Shown in pieces: positions 54,714 to 64,000 of a stretch of 64,000 bases of DNA. The notes under the pieces are model-generated. The model did not search any database. It saw nothing but the letters and a program-made list of their open reading frames with translations, and was not told the DNA's origin. The translations under genes were made by a program, and so were the position numbers. Position 1 is the stretch's first letter. Each line of letters begins with the position of its first letter. This DNA is from Eikenella longinqua (GTDB lineage Bacteria; Pseudomonadota; Gammaproteobacteria; Burkholderiales; Neisseriaceae), in assembly GCF_001648355.1 (NCBI RefSeq), contig NZ_LXSL01000028.1, positions 45,123 through 109,122 of the forward strand, in the 5' to 3' direction.

Positions 54714-55523
54714 TCAATCGGGGCGGGCGAGCACCCAGGCATAAACCGCCGCAGCCCCCGCCCGCCGTAAACTTCGGGCAAGTTCGCCGATTGTTGCGCC
54801 GGTGGTAACAACATCGTCGATTAACAACACATGACGGTTCTTTACATCGGCAGCGGAGGCTACCTGAAAAACCCCGCGCACGTTTTGCGCGCGCTGCTCT
54901 CGGGGCAGGGTGCTTTGCGGCGCACGATGGCTGCGTTTCACCGCAAATGGCGGCAGAAGCGGCAAATTCAAGCCTTGCGCCACGGCTTCGGCCAAGAGCA
55001 GGCTTTGGTTGAAACCGCGCCGGTGCAGGCGCGGCACGCTCAGCGGCATGGCCATCACCACATCCGGCGGCGCCGGCCAATCCGGCACGTCGACCAGCAG
55101 CAATTCGGCCAGCGCGGCATATAAATCGTTGCGGCCAAGGAATTTGTAGGCATAAATCAGGTTGCTGATCGGCGGGGCGTAGCGGAAGGCGGTGCGGAGC
55201 ATGGCCTGCGGCGGAGCTTTCTGCTGGCAATGCCCGCAGGGCAGGCCGGAAGACGACACGCTGGCACACAGCGGGCAGCGTCGGCGCGCATCCAGCCGCA
55301 GGGCGTGCAAATCCGCCGTGCAGGCCGCGCACAAAGCCTGATTGCCGGAAGATTCGTGGCATAATACGCAGCGTTTGCCCCGGCTTGAGGCTACCTGAAA
55401 ACAAGCGCAGCGAGTTTCTGCGAAGCTAAAACGAGCGAAGCAAGTTTCGCCAAAACGAGCGCAGCAAGTTTTCACACAGCGCAAATGCCGCCACTGCCCG
55501 CTTAACCAAGTTGAAAGCGCCAT
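54714..55523 (-). CDS. comF: ComF/GntX-family protein (double zinc finger plus phosphoribosyltransferase domain); 5' end overlaps a repeat/DUS element
   Basis: CVLC..CAAC..CPLC..CGHC fingers and a C-terminal PRTase motif [13 protein letters not shown]. Only the ATG at 55523 is in frame upstream, making the small-repeat/DUS element (55385-55480) part of the ORF. Divergent from bioH as in E. coli gntX-bioH. Confidence 0.65.
   Translation of the reverse strand: MALSTWLSGQWRHLRCVKTCCARFGETCFARFSFAETRCACFQVASSRGKRCVLCHESSGNQALCAACTADLHALRLDARRRCPLCASVSSSGLPCGHCQQKAPPQAMLRTAFRYAPPISNLIYAYKFLGRNDLYAALAELLLVDVPDWPAPPDVVMAMPLSVPRLHRRGFNQSLLLAEAVAQGLNLPLLPPFAVKRSHRAPQSTLPREQRAQNVRGVFQVASAADVKNRHVLLIDDVVTTGATIGELARSLRRAGAAAVYAWVLARPD
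55385..55480. repeat. Small-repeat element (reverse orientation: GAGTTTCTGCGAAGCTAAAACGAGCG...) with DUS inside the comF 5' region
   Basis: GGCTACCTGAAAACAAGCGCAGCGAGTTTCTGCGAAGCTAAAACGAGCGAAGCAAGTTTCGCCAAAACGAGCGCAGCAAGTTTTC. Confidence 0.6.
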
Positions 55524-56279
55524 ATGTATGATTCGATTCCTGTTTTAATGTTGCACGGTTGGGCTGCCAACCACCATATTTTCGACCGTTTGGCCGCCGA
55601 TTTACCCGAATGCCAAGTGTTGGCGCCCGATTTGCCCGGCCACGGAGCGGCGCAGTTCGACGGCAGTTTCAACGTAGCCGCCGTGGCCGACGCGCTGGCC
55701 GCGAAGTTGGGCGAACCCGCGCACCTGCTCGGCTGGTCGCTGGGCGGGCTGGTGGCGCTGCACATTGCCGCCAAATATCCGCAGAAAGTGCGCAGCCTGT
55801 GCCTCACCGCCAGTTTCGCCCGGCTCACCGCCGCGCCGGACTACCCCGAAGGCTTGGCCAAACCCGCTCTGGGCAAGATGATACCGCTGTTTGCCCAAGA
55901 TTTTGCCAAATATATGGGGCAGTTTCTGCAACTGCAATTTTTGCACATCCCCGAACGCGCCCACCTGGCTAACGAAGCCCTGCCCGATATGATACGCCAC
56001 GGCGTGCCGCCCGGGCTGGAAGCCGCGCTCGAAGCCGCCGTGCACACTGACGCCCGCAGCCTGCTGCCGCAAGTGCAATGCCCCGTGCTGCTCGTGTTCG
56101 GCGGTAAAGACGGCATCACCCCGCCGCGCATGGGCGAATACCTGCACCGCCACCTGCCCGGCAGCCGCCTGCTGCCGATTGAAAAAGCCGCGCACATCCC
56201 GTTTTTGAGCCACGAGAGCGAGTTTGCCGCCGCCTACCGCGCATTCATCGGGCTACCTGAAAAATCCGCCGCCATTTGA
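55524..56279 (+). CDS. bioH: Pimeloyl-ACP methyl ester esterase BioH (alpha/beta hydrolase)
   Basis: 251 aa. [15 protein letters not shown] nucleophile elbow, C-terminal His. Confidence 0.8.
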   Translation: MYDSIPVLMLHGWAANHHIFDRLAADLPECQVLAPDLPGHGAAQFDGSFNVAAVADALAAKLGEPAHLLGWSLGGLVALHIAAKYPQKVRSLCLTASFARLTAAPDYPEGLAKPALGKMIPLFAQDFAKYMGQFLQLQFLHIPERAHLANEALPDMIRHGVPPGLEAALEAAVHTDARSLLPQVQCPVLLVFGGKDGITPPRMGEYLHRHLPGSRLLPIEKAAHIPFLSHESEFAAAYRAFIGLPEKSAAI

Positions 56280-56362
56280 AAACATGAGAAAACCGTTTTC
56301 AGGTAGCCGCAAAAAGGCTAGCTGAAAACGCCCTCCCACACACACCACAGGCTACCTGAAAA

Positions 56363-57154
56363 ATGACCACCGACCGCTGGCTCGTCCACCGCCGCCTCGC
56401 CGAAGACACCGACCAACGCCTGCCCCTCATCGCCGCCGCCCCGAAGCGCATCCTCCTGTTCGGCGCCGACGGCGATAGCAGCCGCCGCCTGCTCGCCGCG
56501 CGCTACCCGCAGGCCGAGTTCAGCGAATACGACAGCCGCGCCGGCCATCTGAGTGAAGCCGCCGCCGCACGCCGCCGCAGCTTCTGGCAACGCCTTGCCG
56601 GCAAAGGCAAAACCGTGCCCCAACACTGCCAAGCACCATCCACCCCGCTGCCCGAAGCCCAAGCCGACTGGCTGTGGTGCAACCTTGGCCTCGTCAGCTC
56701 CGCCGCCCAGCCCGTGCCCGTTATCGAAAACTGGGCGCGCGCCCTGAAAACCGACGGCCTGCTCTTCCTCACCCACTTCGGCCTCGACACTCTCGCCGAA
56801 ATCATCGGCTACCTGAAAGCCCGCAACATCCCCGTAGCCAGCCCCTTCGCCGACATGCACGACCTCGGCGACATGCTGTTCCACCACGGCTTCTACGACC
56901 CCGTGATCGACACCGCCAAGCTGCAACTGGCCTACACCCGCGCCGACACCTTCTGGCAAGACATGGACACGCTCGGCATCTGGGCCGCCCTGCAATTTGC
57001 CGACGAAGCCGCCGCCCGCGCCGCCGTCAGCCAAGGTTTCGCCCAAGGCCTGCTGCACACCGTTACCCTGGAAACCGTGTACGGCCACGCCGTGCGCAAG
57101 CTGCAGCTGCCGGAAAACGAAAGCCCGGTGCAGTTTTACCCGCGCCGGAAGTAG
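56363..57154 (+). CDS. Class I SAM-dependent methyltransferase, putative malonyl-ACP O-methyltransferase BioC-like
   Basis: 263 aa directly downstream of bioH. Degenerate motif I (ILLFGADGD). Assigned by context. Confidence 0.5.
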   Translation: MTTDRWLVHRRLAEDTDQRLPLIAAAPKRILLFGADGDSSRRLLAARYPQAEFSEYDSRAGHLSEAAAARRRSFWQRLAGKGKTVPQHCQAPSTPLPEAQADWLWCNLGLVSSAAQPVPVIENWARALKTDGLLFLTHFGLDTLAEIIGYLKARNIPVASPFADMHDLGDMLFHHGFYDPVIDTAKLQLAYTRADTFWQDMDTLGIWAALQFADEAAARAAVSQGFAQGLLHTVTLETVYGHAVRKLQLPENESPVQFYPRRK

Positions 57155-57173
57155 CCTGGCTTTTCTGCAAATT

Positions 57174-57278
57174 TATAGTGGATGAAATTTAAATCAGGAC
57201 AAGGCGACGAAGCCGCAGACAGTACAGGAGTACGGCAAGGCGAGGCAACGCCGTACTGGTTTTTGTTAATCCACTATA
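57174..57278. mobile_element. Correia-like repeat-enclosed element (MITE), copy 2, ~105 bp
   Basis: TATAGTGGATGAAATTTAAATCAGGACAAGGCGACGAAGCCGCAGACAGTACAGGAGTACGGCAAGGCGAGGCAACGCCGTACTGGTTTTTGTTAATCCACTATA. Flanked by TA. Between convergent bioC-like and rapZ. Confidence 0.75.
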
Positions 57279-57496
57279 GAAGGCTACCTGAAAAAGAGTA
57301 CATCTGTTTTCAGGTAGCCTTCCGCCTGTTCAGGCTACCTGAAAAAATTGGATTGGCTGAAAACGACGGATTTAAGGGAGCAAACCGAGCTTTTGCCGGG
57401 TAGGCTTCAGTGCCGCAAAATTTTCAGGTAGCCTCTTGTTTACCAAAGGTTACCTGAAATTTTCCGGTTATCTGTTTGTATCCACACGGTTTGCCT

Positions 57497-58351
57497 TCAC
57501 ACGCGGCGGCCGCTGCCGGGGAGCTGGCGGTGGCGCACCCACACGGGGTAGTCGCGCAGGCGTTCGGCCACGGCTTCGGCCACGAATACGGAGCGGTGCT
57601 GGCCGCCGGTGCAGCCGATGCCGATGGCGAGCATGTGCACGCGGGTTTGGCGGGCGTATTCGGGCAGCCAGCGGTTGAGGTAGCCGCTGATGTCGGCCAC
57701 CATCTGCTGCACGGTTTTGAATTGGGCGAAGTAGGCGCGCACGGCTTCGTCGCGGCCGGTGAGATCTCGCAGGGCTTCGTCGTAGTAGGGGTTGGGCAGC
57801 GCGCGCACGTCGAAGAGGAAATCCAAATCGAGCGGGGCGCCGTATTTGAAGCCGAAGGATTCCACCACCACCTGCAAGCCGCCTTGGCTGAGGGCGAGCC
57901 ATTCTTGGATGCGGAATTTGAGGTCGCCGGTGCCGTCTTGGGAATTGTTGATGGAGAAGGCGAAGTCTTGCCAGGGCTGCAATATCTGCCGCTCGGCGGC
58001 GATGCTTTCGGCTAGGGTGAGATTGGTGGCGGCGAGGGGATGGCGGCGGTGCTTGCCGTCGAGTCGGCGGATGAGGGTAGTGGTGTCGGCGTGGAGAAAG
58101 AGCAGGCGCACGGGGTGGCCTTGGCGGCGGATGGCGCGCAGGCAGTTTTGGATGCTTTCTTTGGCGTAGGGCACGCGGATATCGAGGCTGACGGCGAGCT
58201 TGCTGATTTTGCCGGCGGCGGATTGCGCCACCAATTGCGGCAGCAGCGCGGGCGGAATGTTGTCCACGCAGGTGAAGCCCATGGTGTCGAGCAGTTTCAG
58301 GGCCACTGTTTTTCCCGAGCCGGTGAGCCCGCTAATCAGCACTATCCTCAT
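57497..58351 (-). CDS. rapZ: RNase adapter protein RapZ (YhbJ)
   Basis: 284 aa. Walker A GLTGSGKT. ptsN-hprK-rapZ order. Confidence 0.9.
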   Translation of the reverse strand: MRIVLISGLTGSGKTVALKLLDTMGFTCVDNIPPALLPQLVAQSAAGKISKLAVSLDIRVPYAKESIQNCLRAIRRQGHPVRLLFLHADTTTLIRRLDGKHRRHPLAATNLTLAESIAAERQILQPWQDFAFSINNSQDGTGDLKFRIQEWLALSQGGLQVVVESFGFKYGAPLDLDFLFDVRALPNPYYDEALRDLTGRDEAVRAYFAQFKTVQQMVADISGYLNRWLPEYARQTRVHMLAIGIGCTGGQHRSVFVAEAVAERLRDYPVWVRHRQLPGSGRRV

Positions 58352-59294
58352 GGCTGCGTTCGTCTTCCCTCAGCATGGCGGTGTGGCGTTCTAGAAATTC
58401 TTTGGTGCTGTCTTTGCCGCGCGCCTGCAAGATATAGTTGCGCACCGCCGCTTCCACCAATACGGCCAGGTTGCGCCCCACGGCCACGGGCAGCGTGACG
58501 GAGCGCACGGCCACGTTGAGGATGGTTTCGGTTTCGCTCTGGATGGAGAGGCGGTCGAGCGTTTTCATGTAGCTGTCGTCGGCCAGCGTGAGATTGATGA
58601 TGAGCTTGAGCGGTTTGGAGGGCAGCACGGCGGTTTCGCCGAAGATGGCGCGGATGTTGAGCACGCCCAAGCCGCGCACTTCCAAAAAATCGCGCAGCAT
58701 GGCGGGGCAGCGGCCTTCCAGCGTTTCCGGGCCGGTGCGGTAGAGCTCCACCGCGTCGTCGGCCACCAGGCCGTGCCCGCGAGAAATCAGCTCCAGCGCC
58801 AGCTCGCTTTTACCCAGGCCGGAGGCGCCCATCAGCAGCACGCCGATTTCAAACACGTCCAAAAACACGCCGTGCTTCACGGTGGAGGTGGCGAGCACGC
58901 GTTGCAGGTAAATCCGCAACACGTCCATTAGGAAGGGGCTTTCGGTTTTGGAGGTGAGCAGCGGCACGTTGTGCGTGTGGCAGTAATCGCGCAGCATGAA
59001 GGGCACGGGCAGGTCGTTGGCCACAATCACCAGCGCAATGCTCAGATCGAACAGCTCGTCGAAGCTGGCTTTCACGTCGCCGCTGGCCATTTTGTTCAGA
59101 TAGGCCACTTCGGCCACGCCCAACACCTGCACTTGGTTGGGGTGGATAAAATTCAGGTGGCCCACCAGCGCCAGCACGGGTTTGTCGGCATCCACGCTGA
59201 TGCGGTTGTCGGCACCAGCCGTCCCTGCCGACCAAGCCAGATTGAGCTTGGTTTGGTTGTCTTGATAGAGCTTGCGGACAGAGATGCTGGGCAT
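58332..59294 (-). CDS. hprK: HPr kinase/phosphorylase
   Basis: 320 aa. [16 protein letters not shown]-loop. Confidence 0.9.
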   Translation of the reverse strand: MPSISVRKLYQDNQTKLNLAWSAGTAGADNRISVDADKPVLALVGHLNFIHPNQVQVLGVAEVAYLNKMASGDVKASFDELFDLSIALVIVANDLPVPFMLRDYCHTHNVPLLTSKTESPFLMDVLRIYLQRVLATSTVKHGVFLDVFEIGVLLMGASGLGKSELALELISRGHGLVADDAVELYRTGPETLEGRCPAMLRDFLEVRGLGVLNIRAIFGETAVLPSKPLKLIINLTLADDSYMKTLDRLSIQSETETILNVAVRSVTLPVAVGRNLAVLVEAAVRNYILQARGKDSTKEFLERHTAMLREDERSHEDSAD

Positions 59295-59310
59295 GGGCGG
59301 TGTTTAGCGG

Positions 59311-59760
59311 CTAATCTGCGGTGAGGATGCGGCGGGCTTCTTCGGCGCTCGGGGCGGCCAGAAGCTGCTCGCGCACGGATTTTTCGGAGAGCCGGATGGC
59401 CAGGGCCGACAATACTTCCAAATGGCCGCCGGCAGCGTTTTCCGGCACCAGCAATACAAACACTAGCGACACCGGCTTGCCGTCGGGCGCGTCGAAATCC
59501 ACGGCTTCTTTCAGGCGGATGAAGGCGCCGGTGATGGCTTGCACTTCGGCGTGGCGGCCGTGCGGGATGGCCACGCCGTGCCCCAGCGCGGTGGTGCCGA
59601 GCTTTTCGCGCGCAAACAGGCAGTCGAATACGGCGGCGCGGCTCAGGCCGGATTCGCTTTCCAGCAGCAGGCCGGCCTCTTCAAACAGGCGCTTTTTGCT
59701 GCTCACTTCCAAATCCAGCACGATGTGTGATACGGGCAGGATGTTGCCGATCAGGCTCAT
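59311..59760 (-). CDS. ptsN: PTS IIA-like nitrogen regulatory protein PtsN
   Basis: 149 aa. Active-site GVAIPHG. Confidence 0.85.
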   Translation of the reverse strand: MSLIGNILPVSHIVLDLEVSSKKRLFEEAGLLLESESGLSRAAVFDCLFAREKLGTTALGHGVAIPHGRHAEVQAITGAFIRLKEAVDFDAPDGKPVSLVFVLLVPENAAGGHLEVLSALAIRLSEKSVREQLLAAPSAEEARRILTAD

Positions 59761-59881
59761 GTTACTTCTCTTGCGTAAAAATACATTAAGGGGTGGATTG
59801 TACCCGTGCCGCTGCTTTAGGGCAATTTTATGCTGGTCGGCGGAATTTTCAGGTAGCCTTTTTCAGGTAGCCCGAGCTGGT

Positions 59882-60769
59882 TCAGCCGCCGCTGTAGTGC
59901 GCGAGCAAGCCCAGCCACAATGCCCAGCCGATGTGGTTGTTCGACAAAAACACGGCGAAGCAGGCTTGCCTGTTGCGGCTGCGGATGGCGCGGTATTGGC
60001 CGCATTGGTGCCACACCGCATAGGCGAGCGCGAGCCAATACGGCCAGCGTGCCTGAATGGCGCAGCCGGCGGCGGCCATCAGCAACACGAACAGTGCGTG
60101 GCACAGCATGGCGGCTTCGGCGTCGCGGCGGCCGAAGGTGATGGCGGAGGTTTTGATGCCGATTTTGAGGTCGTCTTCTTTATCGGCCATGGCGTAGATG
60201 GTGTCGTAGGCCAGCGTCCAGCAGGCGTTGGCGGCAAACAGCAGCCAGGCCAGCGGCGGGATGTGGTTTTGCACGGCGGCGAAGGCCATGGGGATGCCGA
60301 AGGAAAAGGCGAGCCCGAGATAGAGCTGCGGCAGCGGGAAGAAGCGTTTGGTGAAGGGGTAGCTCAGGGCGAGAAAGAGGGCGGGCAGGCTCATCAGCTT
60401 GGTGAGCATGTTGAGCGGCAACAGGCAGAGCAGGGCGAGCAGGCACAAAACCACGAGCAGGCACAGGGCTTCGCGCGGGCTCACGCGGCCGGTGGCGAAG
60501 GGGCGCTGCTTGGTGCGCTCCACCGCGCCGTCGAAATCGCGGTCGGCAAAGTCGTTGGCCACGCAGCCGGCGCTGCGCATGAAAAAGGTGCCCAGCGCGA
60601 AGGCGAGCAGGGTGGGGAAATCGGGCAGGCCGCCTGAAGCCATCCACAGCGCCCACAGCGTGGGCCACAGCAGGAGCAGGGTGCCGATGGGTTTGTCGGC
60701 GCGCATCAGTTGCAGATATACGGCGAGGCGTTCGGCTTGGCGGGGGGTGAGGAATGACGGGGTGTGCAC
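59882..60769 (-). CDS. ubiA: 4-hydroxybenzoate octaprenyltransferase
   Basis: 295 aa. UbiA NDxxDxxxD motif ([12 protein letters not shown]). Nine TM helices. Confidence 0.9.
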   Translation of the reverse strand: MHTPSFLTPRQAERLAVYLQLMRADKPIGTLLLLWPTLWALWMASGGLPDFPTLLAFALGTFFMRSAGCVANDFADRDFDGAVERTKQRPFATGRVSPREALCLLVVLCLLALLCLLPLNMLTKLMSLPALFLALSYPFTKRFFPLPQLYLGLAFSFGIPMAFAAVQNHIPPLAWLLFAANACWTLAYDTIYAMADKEDDLKIGIKTSAITFGRRDAEAAMLCHALFVLLMAAAGCAIQARWPYWLALAYAVWHQCGQYRAIRSRNRQACFAVFLSNNHIGWALWLGLLAHYSGG

Positions 60770-60977
60770 GGGGTTCTCAGGGTGTGGTTTTTAGTGTGAT
60801 TTTTCAGGTAGCCTTCGGGCGTGGGGAGAGGCTACTTGAAAATAGGGTGTTGGATAAAGCGGCGTACCAATTCAATCGGAAGGCTAGCCGAAAAGTAGGG
60901 CTGAGCAAGCAGTGAAACTTGCCGGCTATTTTTCAGGTAGCCTTTCGGCTGAGAAAGAGGCTACCTGAAAATAGCCG

Positions 60978-61496
60978 CTAACCGGCATTAGGCAAAAACT
61001 GCTCCAATTCCGGCGCAAACCCTTCGGTCAGCACCATCTTTTCGCCATGCAGCGCAAACTCGGAGCGGCGCAGCCAGGCGGCTCGGGCGGCCTGCGGCTG
61101 TTGCGCGATCGGCACGGCGGCGAAGGCGAGCGGGCTGCGCTGCCAAGCCAAGCCCGTGCCGAAGAGCTGTTTGCCTAAAGGCCGCGTGCCGCAAGCCAGA
61201 ATATTTTGCCACTCAGCAGCGATTTGGCGGCACACGCTGCGCGCCCACACCACCGGCGTTTCATCCAGCAGCAGCCACACTTGGCGCACATGAAACGCCC
61301 GACCGCCCAAATCTTCGCCCGGCCACAGTTGCACGGTCTCGCCCTGAAAGGCTACCTGAACGCGCAAATCCGCGCCGGTGGCTTGCAGCGCGGCGGTGAG
61401 CGAATCGGCCTGCATCAGGCGGCGCAGGGCCGGGGGTGCATCGGGCGGGGCGGGCTGCCAGAGGAGCGGCGGCAGGGCGGAGGGAAACGGGGGCAT
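60978..61496 (-). CDS. ubiC: Chorismate pyruvate-lyase
   Basis: 172 aa. Position immediately upstream of ubiA and size fit. Sequence is weakly diagnostic. Confidence 0.6.
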   Translation of the reverse strand: MPPFPSALPPLLWQPAPPDAPPALRRLMQADSLTAALQATGADLRVQVAFQGETVQLWPGEDLGGRAFHVRQVWLLLDETPVVWARSVCRQIAAEWQNILACGTRPLGKQLFGTGLAWQRSPLAFAAVPIAQQPQAARAAWLRRSEFALHGEKMVLTEGFAPELEQFLPNAG

Positions 61497-61593
61497 GGGT
61501 GTGTTTGCGTGAGTTTTTTGTTTGGGCGAATTTCTGCGCGGCTAAACGGAGTATGGCATCGTTCTTGCCACTCCAAACTTTTGGCGAAGCGGG

Positions 61594-63573
61594 CTAAATA
61601 TCCAGCTCGGCTTTGTCGCCCTCGGCTTCCATCCAGCTGCGGCGCTGGGCGGATTCGCCTTTGCCCATCAGTTTCACGAATACGTCGTAGGTAGGGCGGT
61701 CGCTGCCGTCGGGAATGTGTACGCGCAGCAGGCGGCGGGTGTCGGGGTGCATGGTGGTGTCTTTGAGCTGGTCGGGGTTCATTTCGCCCAAGCCTTTGAA
61801 GCGGCTGATGGAATAGTGGTTTTCGCGCAGGCCTTCCTTGCGCAGTTTTTCCAAAATGCCGTCGAGCTCGGCTTGGTCGAGGGCGTAGAATTTGCGGGCG
61901 GGCTTTTTCTTGCCCTGCGCGGCCACGTCCACGCGGAACAGGGGCGGCTGCGCCACATAAATGTGCCCGCGCCGCACCAGCTCGGGGAAGTGGCGGTAGA
62001 ACAGGGTGAGCAGCAGCACTTGGATGTGCGAGCCGTCCACGTCGGCATCGGAGAGGATGGCGATTTTGCCGTAGCGCAGGCCGGAGAGGTTCGGCTCGTC
62101 TTCCGGGCCGTGGGGATCGACGCCGATGGCCACGGAAATATCGTGGATTTCGGTGTTGGCGAAGAGCTGGTCGCGGTGCACTTCGAAGCTGTTGAGCACT
62201 TTGCCGCGCAGGGGCAGGATGGCTTGGGTGTTGCGGTCGCGGGCGAGCTTGGCGGAGCCGCCGGCGGAATCGCCTTCCACCAGGAAAAGCTCGTTTTCGC
62301 GGATGTCTTCGCTTTCGCAGTCGGTGAGCTTGCCAGGCAGCACGGAAATGCCGCTGCCTTTTTTCTTTTCGATTTTCTTCACCGAGCGCATGCGCTCCTG
62401 CGCCTGCCGGATGGCGAGCTCGGCGATTTTTTTGCCGGCTTCGAGGTTTTGGTTGAGCCACAGCTCCACCGGGTCGCCGGCCATGGCGGCCACCAGTTTG
62501 AGCGCGTCGCGGTTGGTGAGCTTGTCTTTGGTTTGGCCTTGGAACTGCGGGTCGAGCATGCGCACGGATAGCACGAAAGATACGCGGTTGAACACGTCGT
62601 CGCTTTGGATTTTCACGCCGCGCGGCAGGAGGTTGTGGTGGGTGATGAAGTTGGATACGGCGTTGAACAGGGCCTGCTTGAGGCCAGCTTCGTGGGTACC
62701 GCCGGCGGGGGTGGGGATGAGGTTTACATAGCTTTCGGTGCTGATGCGGCCTTCTTCCAGCCAGGTGAGGGCGCAGGATACGCCTTCGCCGTGGGCAAAA
62801 TCGCCGTGGTGGCTGCCGGAAACGTGGTTTTGCAGGGTGAGCAGGGGCAGGGTGGTTTCCTGTTCGGCGAGCAGGGTTTTCAGGTAGCCTTCGAGGCCGT
62901 CGGGGTAGTGCCAGGATTGGGTGGATTTTTCAGGTAGCCCAGCCTGCGCTCGGGTGAGGGAAACGCTCACGCCGGGCAGCAGCACGGCTTTGGCGCGCAG
63001 CAGGCGTTCGATTTCGGCGATGTCGTAGTGCGGGCTTTCGAAATATTTGGCGTCGGGCCAGATGCGCAGGGTGGTGCCGCTTTCTTTGGCGGGGCATTTG
63101 CCGGTTTCGGCCAGCGGCTCGACCACGTCGCCGCCGGCAAATACGATGCGGTACACTTTGCCTTCGCGCCGCACGGTCACTTCCAAACGGGTGGAGAGCG
63201 CGTTGGTCACGGACACGCCCACGCCGTGCAGACCGCCGGAGAAGGCGTAGGCGCCGTCGCCGCTGGTTTTGTCGAATTTGCCGCCGGCGTGCAGGCGGGT
63301 GAACACGAGCTCGACCACGGGGATGCCTTCTTCGGGGTGCAGGCCCACGGGGATGCCGCGCCCGTTGTCGGACACGGAAAGGGAGCCGTCGTCGTGGATT
63401 TCCACGCTGATGCGGCTGGCGAAGCCGCCCAGCGCTTCGTCGGCGGCGTTGTCGATGGCTTCTTGGCAGATGTGGGTGGGGCTGTCGGTGCGGGTGTACA
63501 TGCCGGGGCGTTCTTTCACCGGCTCGAGCCCTTTGAGGACTTTGATGCTGCTTTCGGAATATGGCTTGGTCAT
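61594..63573 (-). CDS. parE: DNA topoisomerase IV subunit B
   Basis: 659 aa. GHKL ATPase, TOPRIM EGDSAGGS, PLRGKVLN. Length fits ParE rather than GyrB. Confidence 0.9.
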   Translation of the reverse strand: MTKPYSESSIKVLKGLEPVKERPGMYTRTDSPTHICQEAIDNAADEALGGFASRISVEIHDDGSLSVSDNGRGIPVGLHPEEGIPVVELVFTRLHAGGKFDKTSGDGAYAFSGGLHGVGVSVTNALSTRLEVTVRREGKVYRIVFAGGDVVEPLAETGKCPAKESGTTLRIWPDAKYFESPHYDIAEIERLLRAKAVLLPGVSVSLTRAQAGLPEKSTQSWHYPDGLEGYLKTLLAEQETTLPLLTLQNHVSGSHHGDFAHGEGVSCALTWLEEGRISTESYVNLIPTPAGGTHEAGLKQALFNAVSNFITHHNLLPRGVKIQSDDVFNRVSFVLSVRMLDPQFQGQTKDKLTNRDALKLVAAMAGDPVELWLNQNLEAGKKIAELAIRQAQERMRSVKKIEKKKGSGISVLPGKLTDCESEDIRENELFLVEGDSAGGSAKLARDRNTQAILPLRGKVLNSFEVHRDQLFANTEIHDISVAIGVDPHGPEDEPNLSGLRYGKIAILSDADVDGSHIQVLLLTLFYRHFPELVRRGHIYVAQPPLFRVDVAAQGKKKPARKFYALDQAELDGILEKLRKEGLRENHYSISRFKGLGEMNPDQLKDTTMHPDTRRLLRVHIPDGSDRPTYDVFVKLMGKGESAQRRSWMEAEGDKAELDI

Positions 63574-63833
63574 GGTGTGTTTGCGAACTTGGAACTTGTT
63601 TATTTTAACATATCGGGGCGCGGCTGCTTGGGGGAAGGCTACCTGAAAAATGGGGCGGGGTTGTTGGCTGTGCGGAAACTGGCTTTGCTGGTTTTAACTT
63701 CGTTGAAGCTTCGCTTTCAGGTAGCCTCAGCCAGCCGCGGAGGCTACCTGAAAAATAGCCAGCCACTGTTTACTCAAGTAAAGACTACCTGAAAATGGGT
63801 ACAGCAGAGTTTCTGCGAAACCAAAATATCTGC

Positions 63834-64000
63834 TTACCCGCCGTGCTGTTCCAGCACGAAATGCGCGCTGCTGTCTTGCGCCAAGAGTTCGGCTAGGGCG
63901 GGCAGGTTGGCGGCAAGCTGTTCGGCCAGCACGTAGGGCGGGTTGATGAGGAACATGCCGCTGCCGTGCATGCCGAAACCGTCGGCACGGGGGGCGTGGG
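63834..64000 (-). CDS. rlmJ: 23S rRNA (adenine2030-N6)-methyltransferase RlmJ, C-terminal fragment (runs off the window end)
   Basis: Reverse translation ..HGSGMFLINPPYVLAEQLAANLPALAELLAQDSSAHFVLEQHGG*. NPPY motif. Confidence 0.6.
   Translation of the reverse strand, partial: HAPRADGFGMHGSGMFLINPPYVLAEQLAANLPALAELLAQDSSAHFVLEQHGG

Overview
This 64 kb window is a GC-rich (~57%) chromosomal segment from a member of the Neisseriaceae. Gene content and local gene order resemble Neisseria (dapB-bamE-fur-aat, trxA-rho, rlmE-ftsH, ptsN-hprK-rapZ, ubiC-ubiA). The intergenic repeat AGGCTACCTGAA(AA) is extremely abundant, about 120 copies in both orientations by eye. From memory this is the Eikenella dialect of the DNA uptake sequence, so the most likely source is Eikenella corrodens or a close relative. 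Most of the window is housekeeping. The isc Fe-S cluster locus is unusually expanded: iscR-iscS, a 30% GC foreign ORF, a small acidic Cys peptide gene, iscU, a TraR/DksA zinc-finger gene, a MORN-repeat lipoprotein gene, a helix-hairpin-helix protein gene, then iscA. The accessory material is as follows.
- A frameshifted IS1016-like (IS1595 family) element, a metallophosphoesterase, and a DPPY-motif DNA methyltransferase gene split by a degenerate IS1-family element (24.5-28.0 kb).
- A canonical-looking but anomalous tRNA (class I architecture, GUA anticodon, AT-rich acceptor stem), followed by a tRNA 3'-half-like fragment and ~380 bp of GC-rich non-coding DNA.
- Two intact-looking genes, one for an SPFH/band-7 protein and cutA, each carrying an in-frame stop codon.
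- Two near-identical ~105 bp Correia-like inverted-repeat elements.
- A family of small hairpin-forming repeats fused to the DUS, including a 2.7-copy tandem array that is not a CRISPR.
- Low-GC orphan genes at 40 kb and 41.4 kb.
- Sequence-level candidates for an IscR box, a Zur box upstream of rpmE2-rpmJ2, and a Fur box upstream of bfd.
No CRISPR array, rRNA or complete prophage is present.
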